Source: Octopus sinensis
Taxonomy: Eukaryota
Direction: 5' to 3'
Length of the DNA stretch: 64,000 bases
Assembly (NCBI RefSeq): GCF_006345805.1
Contig: NC_043005.1
Coordinates: forward strand, 39,680,001 to 39,744,000
The translations under genes were made by a program, and so were the position numbers. Shown here piece after piece: positions 27,577-39,980 of the stretch (position 1 is the stretch's first letter; each line of letters starts with the position of its first letter). Below the pieces are notes generated by a model. It saw only the letters and a program-made list of their open reading frames with translations, was not told the origin of the DNA and did not search any database.

Positions 27577-28094
27577 CTACCTTTTGAATTTCCACCTCTT
27601 GCTACCCTTCGCGCTTCCGGTCTGTCCATCATGCATTAGCCATTAACATCAGTTCTTTCTCTTCAGAATTTTGGCTCTCTGGAATCTTCTTCTTGTTCAT
27701 GCTATTCCTGCAGCTATTAATTTGCGGCAGTTTAAACGAAACATTAATAGTATCAACCTCACCAGTCTTGGAGGGCCTGCAAGAGTAATGGACTCTGCCT
27801 CTTCCCGCAAACTCAACAAGTAAAACAAAATCAAAATTAAAAACTAAAGATGTCATCATAACAGATAAAATTTCTATAGGAGGGAAATACTCCAAGGGAA
27901 CTCCTTCTTTCCAATGCTTTTCTCTCAGGAGAATGCTTTTAGCTAATCGTTTAACACAGACAAAATTTAGATACAAGTGCTTTGGGAAGACAATTTAGCT
28001 TTGTAATGTAGATATCTTTAGCTCGTTCGTTATTCATCATAAACAACTGTAGACACTGCTGCCTACATCATACGGATTGGTTGTAAAATACAGT

Positions 28095-28650
28095 CTAGAA
28101 AACTGCACCGAGGTAACCTTAAAGAGGGGAACATTAATAAAAAGACAGTGATGGTGCGTTAGATAAAGAAACAAAGATAAAAGAATTAGAACAAATACTG
28201 GCTTACAAATACTTAAGAATTAATGAACTTGACAAAAGAAGAGCAACAATAGCAGCAGCAGCAACAACAACAACAACAACAGTAACAATATATGCATAAA
28301 ATATAACACAACAATATATACACACAATATATATACACAAAGTCATGAAAGAAAACATTAGGCAAGAGACTTACAAACGCATTAGATTAATATTTAAAAC
28401 AAACAGAACTAAATGCAAAAAATAAGTTAAGAGGCATCAACATTGAAGCTGTCTCAGAAATATAGTTATAATGTTCTCAACTGGATGTAAGTGAATTAGC
28501 AAGACTAGACTGGATAAGAAGGAAAATATATTGACTGCATTTAAAATATATAACATCTCAAAATCCGATATAAAAGATATATTCTTAATGAAAGTAGTAG
28601 TGTTCTGGAAATAGAAACTTGACATTCAACATCCACTGCAGGACCATAAA
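28095..28650 (+). mobile_element. R4/Dong-clade RT thumb-region relic interrupted by microsatellites
   Basis: SLENCTEVTLKRGTLIK...LDKETKIKELEQILAYKYLRINE...HKVMKENIRQETYKRIRLIF...ELNAKNKLRGIN. Confidence 0.7.
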
Positions 28651-29112
28651 AATATCTTGTTGAGAATTCTGAAAATCTAATACAAATAGCTGCAAAACAC
28701 AAGCAAAAATATCTGTTTCGTATTTTTTTTTAATAAATGAAGAGATATAAAACAACAGCTGAGTTAATATGCGAGTCCTGAAGGGAATGGGAAAATAACA
28801 ACTGGAATTGTTAAAAATAAAATCTAAATAAATAAAAACTAAGCAGAAAATGAAACTACAGAATGTGATGCACAACGATGGCAGTGAAACGCCATACATG
28901 GTGACCAGTACCTATCATAGTGAACAAGGGAGACGTGTTAAAGGAAAAAATCCACGGGCAGTCTTAAAAGTGCGGGACTCAGGTGTGAGACCGAAAGAGT
29001 TGTTGATTGCAGTACACGATAAAAGTGTTCTCAAATAAAGAAGTAGAATACAGGGGAAAATACAGGGGAAAACAAGCAGAGAAACAAGGAGAGAAAAAAA
29101 TGTGTGTAGTGG

Positions 29113-29158
<46 letters not shown>

Positions 29159-29175
29159 ATAGATATATATATATT

Positions 29176-29242
<67 letters not shown>

Positions 29243-29244
<2 letters not shown>

Positions 29245-29427
29245 CCACTACACACATTTTTTTCTCTACTTGTTTCTCTGCTTGTTTTTTTTCTGTGTCC
29301 CTTTCTGTAGAAGAGCGTAGGCTCGAAACGTAAAAGACCTTTTCAATTCCTGAGCGTTATACTACTACATCTGTTTGTTTTGTACACCACCTGTTTTCGT
29401 CTTTTGTTTTTTTTTCGTGAACTCTTC
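29243..29427 (+). mobile_element. TA-embedded ~190-bp element (family A), hammerhead-like motif at 29301-29336
   Basis: CTTT CTGTAGA A GAGC GTAG GCTC GAAAC GTA AAAG; flanked by (TA)n on both sides. Confidence 0.8.
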
Positions 29428-29956
29428 ATATATATATGTGTATATATATATATATTATATATATATATATATAGTATATATATATATATAATATATAATA
29501 TATATATATATATATATACATGCGTACGTATATATCAAAGGTTGTACAAAAGAATGAAAAACGAGAAACTAAAGGAAAACTTAACGGACGGGAAATTAGA
29601 CAAAGATACGATACACGGAATTATCGCGGGTGAGTTTTCCTCGTTAGTCAATGACGCAAAGTATCACACATACACACACATCAAGGGCTGAACAGAAAGA
29701 ATACAACAAAGACAAAAAGTTAGTCGAAAGCATTGATGGTAATGGCGCGAAACAATTGGGATATTTTGCATGATTGACTGACGAGGTAAACTCAGCTGTA
29801 AATATTCTGTGTATCGTGTCTTTGTCTAATTTCCTGTCCGTAAAGTTTTCGTCTAGTTTCCCGTTTGCCCTGCTTTCGTCTAACTTTCCTTGCTTTAATC
29901 TCTCTCTATTCAACCCTTGATACATCCATGTAGTACAACGCACACCTTGTTTGTTT

Positions 29957-30003
<47 letters not shown>

Positions 30004-30769
30004 ATATATACTATATATACATACATATATATACATATATATATATATATACATGCACATACACTCACGCACACACACGCACATATATATAATATAAATA
30101 ATACATAAACATATGCATATATACATACATATATGTACATACCTACATCTCTCTCTATATATATACATGCATATATGGGTACAGGACATCAAAAAAAAAA
30201 CGCTGAACACAATGAGAAACGAAAACATAAAGACAAAAATATGGAAACGAACTTTTTTCAAACAACGAAAAACAGAGTACAAGACATACAGCACAAGGAA
30301 TATTCCCCTTCTTCAGTTGTCCCTGTTTCATCTACTCCGCGTTCGAAGGTAAAAACAAGACGCAACTTCGTTGAAACAGTCCTTCCCGCAAAGCAAATTA
30401 AATAAAATTTGCGATTTTTTGCGGAGAGGTAAAAGTGGTAACAAGAACAAGACAGAAAGAACAAAACAAATTCTCCCTATATTTTTATGCGATAGTTTTT
30501 AAATCACGTGTACTTGATGTCTTTTTCTTAAAGGGTAACATTTCTATTATATTTAAAACAAAATATCAATCTTTATTATCTTAATCAAAAGGCAGAAAAA
30601 TAGAGAGACTATCTCTTTATAGAGAAAGTTCAGTTGCAATGAGAGGAATTGAATTTCATACGAATAGAAAAACAAACAACAAATGGATTGTGCCTTATGA
30701 TGAAACTATTTTAAGAATATTCAAATGCCACACAGACAAACAGACAGGCGACAACAACAACAACAATGA

Positions 30770-31104
30770 ATGCATGGACAATTTCATAGGGATGTTGAAG
30801 ATAAGATAGACAGAGAAAAAAGATGGCTGTAGATGACTAAAAGTGATTTAAAACCGGAAGCGGAGGCTCTAATGTGTGCTGCCCATGAACAAGCACTAAA
30901 AACAAACTACATAAAATACAGAGTAGACAACACAGCAGAAAGTGATAAGTACAGAATCTGTGAATAAAATGGTGAAACCGTATGGCATTATTACCAGCCA
31001 ATGTACGCCACTAACTAAGAAGGAATATAACAGACGCCACGACAATATAGCAAGGCTTGTCCATTGGACGCTTTACAACAAGTATGGTCTTGACAGCGAA
31101 AAAG
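30770..31104 (+). mobile_element. R4/Dong-clade relic: zinc-knuckle (CCHC) region
   Basis: MHGQFHRDVEDKIDREKRWL*MTKSDLKPEAEALMCAAHEQALKTNYIKYRVDNTAESDKYRICE*NGETVWH/TSQCTPLTKKEYNRRHDNIARLVHWTLYNKYGL. Confidence 0.85.
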
Positions 31105-31291
31105 CTTGCAAGGTCATGCGCTGTTTATCTTGATGTGAGATCACCATGTCACGCACATATGGTTGTGATGTATGTGCCTGGTGTACCCTTATCAGACGGA
31201 TAGTCATGGTGGGTATATTGGGCTTCATATATTTGTTCCCCAGTGTCACTTTGATGGCATGCGCTGCTCTCACTCAATAATAATAATATTA

Positions 31292-31365
<74 letters not shown>

Positions 31366-31366
31366 T

Positions 31367-31620
31367 GTCTTTGCTCAGCTTCTAACGCTGGAGATGACTA
31401 CGGTGTCAACTCTTCACAACCATTGAACTAAGGTAACACTTCTTATTTTTGGAGCACCATCCGAAGTATGGTGTTTTCTGCAAGTGCTCCACCCTTATTG
31501 CACTACAAATAGGGGCTGCAATAAGGGTGGAGCACTTGCAGAAAACATCACTGCTTGGAATTACTCGAATACTCCGGATGGAGTATTCACCAGAGCTGGT
31601 TGAGCCGGCTCCGACCAACG
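31367..31620. mobile_element. R4/Dong 3'-end fragment with inverted duplication
   Basis: Plus strand reads IRVEHLQKTSLLGITRILRM; perfect 30-bp inverted repeat 31472-31501 / 31518-31547. Confidence 0.75.
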
Positions 31621-32006
31621 AGCCATGTTCGTAGTGTTAGTAGGAATACAAGTTCACTATGATCCCAGGTCACATGCATGCACACATCGGGATAGTGGGA
31701 TCTGTAGCAACTTATCTTGCCATCGATTTTCGACCGTCGCAGAGGATTCGTTGACCAAGTCACCGCCCATTATAGGAACGGACGCAGTCTGGGCTTGGAG
31801 CGTGTTCTAGAGACAGGCTTTGACAAAAACTAAGGGATGCCTCACTTACAGTGGCCTTCCAGCACACCGCACACCAACCCGGAATTTCTCAGGGCCCAAA
31901 CTAAAGACAAACCTCCTTCCAGACCGAGTCACATACTCGTACAGTCGGTTTACCGGTTTCCATAGCGTATCTCTTGCCCCATTTTACTGGACACCGGCTC
32001 GTTTAT

Positions 32007-32520
32007 GCCCACAAGGGCCTAAACATAGAGGGGACAAACAAGGACAGACAAAGGGATTAAGTCGATTACATCGACTCCAGTGCATAACTGGTACTTAATT
32101 TATCGACCTCGAAAGGATGAAAGGATGAATGTATTAGAGCAACGTAAACTTAATTATTTTGCTTAAAAATTCAACGTATCGCCTGGAATCGAATCGAAAC
32201 CATAATCTTTCGATCGAAAGATTATGGAATCGAAACCACAATCCTATGATCATGAGTCCAACATCAGTAACTACGAAGACAGGGGCCTCCACTTGTAATG
32301 ATATAGGGATTCCGCGATCCACTATGAATACTGGAAGTTTAGGTGAGTGGATAAGTCGATTATATCAACCCCAGTACTCAACTGGTACTTATTTTATGGC
32401 ACCCGACAGGATGAAAGGCAAAGTCGACCTCGGTGGAGTTTGAACTCAGGACGAAAAGACGGATTAAGTTCTGTTAAGCATTCTGCCTGACATGCTAACG
32501 ATTCTGCCTCCTCACCGCTT
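32007..32520 (-). mobile_element. Two SINE fragments (32007-32125; 32349-32520)
   Basis: GGACAAACAAGGACAGACAAA tail-X and ACTGGTACTTAATTTATCGAC core; second copy with head remnant. Confidence 0.8.
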
Positions 32521-32690
32521 TATATATGCTATGAATATTGCTTACCATTAAATCGGATGAAATCGTCCTCTTATTCCTTCTTTTTTCTCCGCTTCACTAT
32601 CGTCATCAACCACCAGCAGCAGCACAATCAATATCATCGTCGTCGTTGTCGTCATCATCATCATCATCAACATCAACACCATCATCGTCG

Positions 32691-32732
<42 letters not shown>

Positions 32733-33519
32733 CTATCATCATCATCATCGTCGTCGTCGTCATCATCATCGTCATCATCATCATCCTCAACAACAATAAC
32801 AACAACAACAACAACAACAAAAACATCACTCTCATCATGGCTGTTGTCGTCGCTGTCGTCATCATTATCACTGCCACCATCAATGTTATTATGTACACAT
32901 CCTCATTATTCATCATCGTCAGTATCATCGTCACGTCATCATCTGCAGCATTAAAGATATCTCCCTATCATTAAAACAACGGTCAACATGATGGACCTAG
33001 AAGTGTCTAGAGACGGTGCTGGCGGTGTGAGGTCCGCCATTAATGAATTCAACCGCACGGCACAATATCCTTCGACTCGTCTAATGGCGGCACCAAAGCT
33101 TCTTTATGAAAGGACATTGTTTTCCTGACATGGAATACAAAAAGAAACTTACTGCAGCATTCCAATAATGTATTGGAATACATACATGTGTCTGAGAAAG
33201 TGTCTACACGTATGAGAATGCGTGTATATGTGTGCATGTGCGTGCATGTATGTATATGTATATGTATATACATATGTGTGTATATGTATATGTGTGTCTG
33301 TATATGTAGACATATGTGGGACGATATAGGTATATATTAACAAATACACACACGTATATATATATGTGTGTGTGTGCGCGCGCGCGCGCGTGTGTGTGTG
33401 TGCTTGTATGTATGTTTGTATATATATATATATACATATATTTGTGTGGGCATTCGTATATATGAGAGTATATGACTATACATATATGTGTGTATGTATA
33501 TACATATATGTATATATAT

Positions 33520-33556
<37 letters not shown>

Positions 33557-33557
33557 C

Positions 33558-33632
<75 letters not shown>

Positions 33633-34062
33633 ATATATATACACGTGTGTGTGTGTGTGTGTGTATCTGTACGTACAAATATATATATATATATATATGA
33701 GAGTGCGTGTACATATGTGCCTATATTCAAATAGCATATACGCACAAATAATACACTCAGCTATAGTAAGACCAAACGCAGTGGATGAAGGCAAAATAAG
33801 TCATTTAGCGTTGGAAAAGAAAAAGGAAATGAAAGAAACGAAAGTAAATTAGTCACTGGCTATTGTAAAGCTTTAGATTACACACTCACTTGACACAAGG
33901 ACACATACACAACCACATACATATGTATATATGTATAAAACTTACTTGGAAGAGGGTGCGTAGCGTTCAATCATATAATAATATAAATAATATATATGCA
34001 TAGATAACTGCATATGATTGATTGATTCTAGTTTCAGCTCACGAAACTGTGGCACCGCCATT

Positions 34063-34066
34063 AAAA
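34063..34066 (-). terminator. Pol III oligo-T terminator of the tRNA-Gln gene
   Basis: TTTT on the minus strand about 12 nt past the tRNA 3' end. Confidence 0.6.
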
Positions 34067-34077
34067 GTAATACTCCT

Positions 34078-34149
34078 AGGTCTCACCGAGATTTGAACTC
34101 GGATCGCTGGATTCAAAGTCCAGAGTGCTAACCATTACACCATGAGACC
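34078..34149 (-). tRNA. tRNA-Gln-TTG: tRNA-Gln (anticodon TTG)
   Basis: GGTCTCATGGTGTAATGGTTAGCACTCTGGACTTTGAATCCAGCGATCCGAGTTCAAATCTCGGTGAGACCT: 72 nt, full cloverleaf (acceptor GGTCTCA/TGAGACC, anticodon stem CTGGA/TCCAG, T stem CCGAG/CTCGG), intact A and B boxes, U discriminator. Confidence 0.95.
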
Positions 34150-35220
34150 ATATATATGTGTACATACTTACATCTATACCTATATATGTATGCATATGTG
34201 GGCACAGGATGTCACGAAAACGTGTACAACAAAAAATACGAAGTACGAGCACATAGAATATGAACTATTTTTTCGAACAACGAAAGACACAAATGGAAAA
34301 CCAGACAAACAACACAAAAAAAACTACCCTTCAGCAGTTGTCGGCTGTTTTTGTAATCTCGTATTTTGAGGATTTAACAACAAGATACGCTTTCCATAAA
34401 GCAGTTGCTACCGCAAAGCGAATTAAATGAAATTTGGGATTTTGCAGAGGGTCAAAGTTTGTAACACAAACGGGACAGTGAAAACAAACAGGAAGGTCTG
34501 CAAAGTCTAAACGAGGTTGTTGTGGCGAATGCGTAAATCAAACTTGGACGGCAGACCGACAAGAACACGTCTTCTATGATCCAGCTACAACAGTGAGAAA
34601 GAAATACAAGTTAGGAGAAGAAAGATAGCCTATGGTCACGTGGGAGCCAAGTGAGCAATGGAGGAAGAGTGATGGAGAGAGAGAGTGACAGACAGAGAAC
34701 TGTGAAAGAAAAAGGACAAAATAAAATTACTAGCTGCATTTATAGTAAGTTGATGCAGGTCTTTTATTCCGTCCCCCTTCGACTTTTAGTTTATGCAATT
34801 GAAAAAAAACCCAAATTATTTATGGGATGATCCAATATTTAGAGAGTGAGAGAGAAAGAGAGAGGGGGAGAGAGAGGGAGTCTGACAGACAGCAAGAGAG
34901 GGAGAGAGCGAGAGAGAGGTGGTGTATTAGTAATGCTACCATAAGCTTAATGAGAAAAACCTCGCAAGTTTTAAGTAATCCGTCTGGTGTGAGAAATAAG
35001 ATACACAAGTCAGCTGAGGTAACTCATGTAGTGACTTTAATTGCTATTTCTCTTGCCGGCCTTCTTTAGTTTCTATTAGTGGTGGTAAAAGTACGTTGAT
35101 TTTGCACCCAATACAGTTTAATTACACAATACAAATTAATTCAAACATTCTGTTTTAGGAATGTATATACGATACGTTGCACGCCTGCATTTTTGTGGAT
35201 GTGTATGCATGTGTGCATTG

Positions 35221-35660
35221 ATCAAAGCCACAGTCGAACCAATTCTACCATATGGCTCAGAAACCTGGACGTTATCAAACAAGCTTGAGAGGCGGTTGGA
35301 TGGAACCTACACTCGCCTCCTTATGAGAGCTCAAAATCTCTCGTGGAAGCGTCATCCAACCAAAATGCAAATATATGGGAAACTACCACCTGTGTCATCT
35401 CTTGTGAAAGGTAGGAGAGTCCAGTTTGCTGGACATTGTTGTAGAGCTGAAAACGAGGCAATTTCTACTCTTCTCCTCTGGAAGCCATCTACTCGCAATA
35501 CCAGAGGGCGCACACTCTCCTACCCCGATGTAATCTCCAGGGATACAGTCATCCAGCAACAGGACCTCCGTAATGCTATGATGGACCGTGAAGTCTGGCG
35601 TAGCATGGTAAATTCCATTGTCTCGACCACGGTCGAACAAAGATGCTGATGATGATGCAT
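35221..35660 (+). mobile_element. 5'-truncated RTE/RTEX-like LINE 3' end, open frame, (TGA)n tail
   Basis: IKATVEPILPYGSETWTLSNKLERRLDGTYTRLLMRAQNLSWKRHPT...RRVQFAGHCCR...LLLWKPS...RGRTLSYPDVISRD...AMMDREVWRSMV...*, followed by TGATGATG. Confidence 0.88.
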
Positions 35661-35849
35661 TGATCAATTTTAACGTTTTTAAGTTCATGAACGTATATTT
35701 TAGAAATGATGTGATGTCATATATGTGTGTGTTATATATATGTACTCGGCTTTCAACTCTTGTGTGAACTCCTGAGATAGAATTAGTTTTGGTGCTGGTG
35801 AATGTGGCAGTTGTGATGTTGTGGTGGATAGTAGAGTGGTGGGGGTAGT

Positions 35850-36020
35850 GTTGTATTGATAACTGCTGTGTTCGTCGTTGTTCTCCTTCCTGATCTTGTT
35901 CTTGTCGTCGTTGCTGTTGATGTTATTGTTAGTGGTGGTTGTCGTGATGATGATGACGATGATGATGATGACGACGACGACGACGACGATGATGAGGATG
36001 ATGATGACGACGACGACGAC

Positions 36021-36051
<31 letters not shown>

Positions 36052-36106
36052 GTGATGGCGGTGGTGGTGGTGGTGATGATGATGGTGATGATGGTGATGA
36101 TGGTGG

Positions 36107-36140
<34 letters not shown>

Positions 36141-36195
36141 AATGAGTATGGCAATGGCTGCAATGTAGTCCTTCAGCCTATTCCTCAGTTCCTCC

Positions 36196-36226
<31 letters not shown>

Positions 36227-36460
36227 GATAAATAAGACAAGCAACATGAAATACCACCACCATCAGCAGCAGCAGCATCGATACTGTCGTTGTCGTCATC
36301 ATCACCATCAGCATCCATCACCACAATATCAACTTTATCATAAACATCTCTACCACCACGTGACCACCACCAGCATCTCCACCGTCATCATACCACCATC
36401 ACCACCACCACTACAACAGCAACAACAACAACAACGGCAACAACAACCACTGTAGACCCC
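35850..36460. repeat. Compound trinucleotide tract (GAT/GAC/GGT, then CAC/CAG/CAA)
   Basis: Direct reading; accounts for the poly-D, poly-S and poly-M ORFs in the track. Confidence 0.9.
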
Positions 36461-37552
36461 CTGACTATTAAGATTATACTCGATCGTCATGAACAGCAAT
36501 AATCACTACTACTACTACTACACTACTACTACTACAGCTAAACCACTAAACTAGGATTGGTTTTATTGTGAATCTTTTATAGCACCAATGTTTAGAACGG
36601 CTTGAGGATTATAAGGAATAGAGAGAAGAGGAAAGATAAAAGAGAGAAATAAATGGGGTAGAGGGAGAGAAAAAGAGTAAACAGAAAGAGAGAGGGGGAA
36701 AGGGAGAAAGAAAGGGTAGCAGAAAGAGCTAGAGAAACTAGAGAGAGAGAAAGGGGGGAGATGAGGAGAGAAGATATAAAAGAGAACAAATATAGCGAGA
36801 AAAGGAGAGTGAGAGAGAAAATAGCAAGAGAGAGAGAGAGAGAGAAAGACGTGAGTTAATGACCAAATTGTTTGCAAAACTTGAGGGAGATCAAATAGTT
36901 GTGATTGCATCTCTGTACTAACACCATTTTACATAATTTCCAACGGAGATAGAAAAGAAAAAAAATACGATTTTCCACTCCTCGCAATTTGGGATCAAGG
37001 CAGAAAGCAAAAAGATCTCTGTCTACGATCTAGACAAACTTTTTTGTTTTATAACATGTAGGCTCTACATGTTATAAAATATGTCAAGGCATTATACTAT
37101 CAGTTTATGGTGTGTTCTCAAAGCTACACATACATTTTCATGGCGTCATTGGTGGTGGTAGTGCTGTTGCTATTGTTGCTGTTGTTGTTGTTCTTGCACT
37201 TTAACCAGTCTCTCTCTCCCCCTCTCTCCCCCACTCTCTCCATTTTTCTCTCTATCTCTATCTCTTTCTCACATAAACACTATCCATGTCTTTCTCTCTC
37301 TCTCTCTCTCTTCCTCTCTATCTCTGTATCGCTTCTTTCTCTCTTTCACGCAAACTCACATGCAACATACATACGCTATGCTTGTATGTCTCTAAGTTCG
37401 GGCCTCGTTTTTCAAAATGATGTGTGTATGTGTATGTTTATACATACATACGTACATACATGCATACATACATACATACATACATACATACATACATACA
37501 TACATACATACACACGCACACACACACATACATACATACATACATACATACA

Positions 37553-37583
<31 letters not shown>

Positions 37584-39041
37584 CAACCCGACAGGAACTA
37601 AGTATTGTTGAGGGAGAAAATGCAAATCCTTAATTCATACAGTACAAATGACCCCGATATGGGAAACTATAAAAACCTGCATGAACTTCTTGAGATTTAA
37701 AGGGTGATGAACAAAACAAGATGCTTTCCTTCACAACCTGGCTCCAAGTAGGTTGCCGATCAAAAATGTATTCTAAATTAAAAGGAGAAAGTCAACACGT
37801 GACTTGGATGAAGTCACGTGACCAAATAAGACCACTTCCTAAACTCAGTTAATCTGTGCAATCGTTCTGAGTTCCAAAAAGGTTCTTCACCGTGCATTTG
37901 TTTTGAGTGGATAAATCGTTGCGCAGCACTGAATCTACTTTACAGAGAATTCAACTGTAAAACTAGTGGCAGAAGAGAAGTTGAGACGACCAGAAACGAA
38001 CTGCACGTCAGGTTCTTTTATGCAAGTTTACCTTCTCCGAAAAGGAAGTTCTCGCGAGAACTAGTTTGTCCTTCATTCCAGTGCTATTTAACCCATAGCA
38101 ATACACCTTCATTTCATGTTGCTCCAGTCCACTCAGCTGCGACGAAGTGGCGTCTCATTCAGGGGAAATGTTATTACAGTCACCTATACATCATGGAAAC
38201 CTAATAATTGGCTGAGTCCTAGGTTGCAGGACCGTAATGTCCAAAAGCATTACTTACTTTCTATCCCTTCCTACCTCATTGCATATTTTATTATAAAGCT
38301 TACTTCCTCTTATAACCTCTTAACGATCATCATAAAGCTAATACATACTTAAAGTTCCATCGATAGATAAATAGCGTAAGTTGAGAATTTAATTATACTA
38401 AAGCCAATAAGAATTATTAAAGCCAGTACGAATCTTGTGAAAGCCGATTCTGCTTTTCATTCTTCTGTGTTCTACTTCAGGTTTCACAAAAGGTGTACCA
38501 GCAATATATTGGAATCGATTACGTCAGTCATATAGTCTGTAGTTGCTAAATTAAATGACTTTGTACAGAAGAAATATGAATCGATTTTTATTGATTTGTG
38601 ACGAGTGATGAAGAATAGTGTTGGTAAATTGAGAAGTTGAGCCGGGCACATTATTTCAATCATATGTTATAGTTTTTTCACTTTACTTAATCCATTAATG
38701 TCACTGAAAAGAAAATATGTAACCCTTTTCCCCTAGATTACAGAATCTTTATGTCTACACGGTAAGAACCCATCAATAATAAAGGAATGCAGAGCACTGA
38801 ATAGTCTAAGTGACATTCCAATGAACTAAATCTATAACTTAATGTAGATCCCCCAGCGAGACTCTTTCGCCTCGCATACGCAGCCACTGCAAATTCGGAA
38901 GACATCCACGTAGTTTACTACCATTTCGATTCCTCATTTAATTTACGAATATTTATGTATTAATGGATACTTCTGTTCACAAAATATCAAGTAATTTTAC
39001 TCTATGTTACTAAAAACATGTGTAATTATCCATTCGTTATG

Positions 39042-39541
39042 AAGGTAACCAGTTGGCAGAATCGTTAGCACGCTAGGCAAACTGCTTAGCAGTATTTCTT
39101 CTAGCTCTTGTTCTGAATTCAAATACCGTCGAATTAAATTCGTCTTTCATTGTTACAGGATTGATAAAATAAAGAAGCAGCTTAGCACTGAAGTGAATGT
39201 AAACAACCTCCTCTCCTCTCAAAACTGCTGGCCTTTTGCCAAAATTTAAAAGAATTATTATTATTATTATTATTATTATCATTATTATTATTATTATTGT
39301 CATTATTTTTATTTTGTTGCTATGTAGGTGTCGACCTGGCAGAAGCGATAGCACATGAGACAAAACGCAAAGCAGTGTTTCTTCCAGTTCTTTATATCCT
39401 GAGTTCAAATACCGCCTAGGTCTACATTGTCTTTCATTCTTTCGAGATCGATCAAATAAGTTCCATTCGAGCACTGGTACCGATTAATGGAGAATAGCGC
39501 CCTCCCCCAAAGTTCCAGTCCATGTGCCTGTAATAGAAAGA
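39042..39541 (+). mobile_element. Two head-to-tail SINE monomers separated by (ATT)n
   Basis: TTGGCAGAATCGTTAGCAC head and TTCAAATACC B-box at 39042-39250; second degenerate copy at 39325-39541. Confidence 0.75.
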
Positions 39542-39949
39542 ATTATTAGTTATAGTTTTCTTGTTTGTGTGAGTGTGTGTGTTTAAATTTTGTTTTTCCT
39601 ATAGAATTCACTTTAACTTATTTCTCGTCTCTTTCAAATGAACCTCTCTAGAATATTTCGCAAGAAATGGGAAAGTGAGAAGCATTTCGAGTTAAAATTA
39701 AGTACGTTGTTCACAAGCATCCCTGAAGAATCTACTTAACTCCTACCTTAGAATTATCAAATTAAATCTAGAAAATTCTATAAAGAACCAATAAGCAAAA
39801 GGTAAAAAAGAATGAACCAAATTCCAATTTCCTCCACGCTCATACACAGACACGAACAAGCAAAGAAGCAAAAATACATACATACATACTACATACATAC
39901 ATACATACATACATACATACATACATACATACATACATACATACATACA

Positions 39950-39980
<31 letters not shown>

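Noticed and set aside
38481-38522. Apparent 42-nt exon with strong acceptor (TTCTACTTCAG) and GTCAGT donor
   Set aside because: The surrounding sequence aligns with a degenerate SINE core (CTTTTCATTCTT...GTACCAG...TGGAATCGAT); no recognisable protein.
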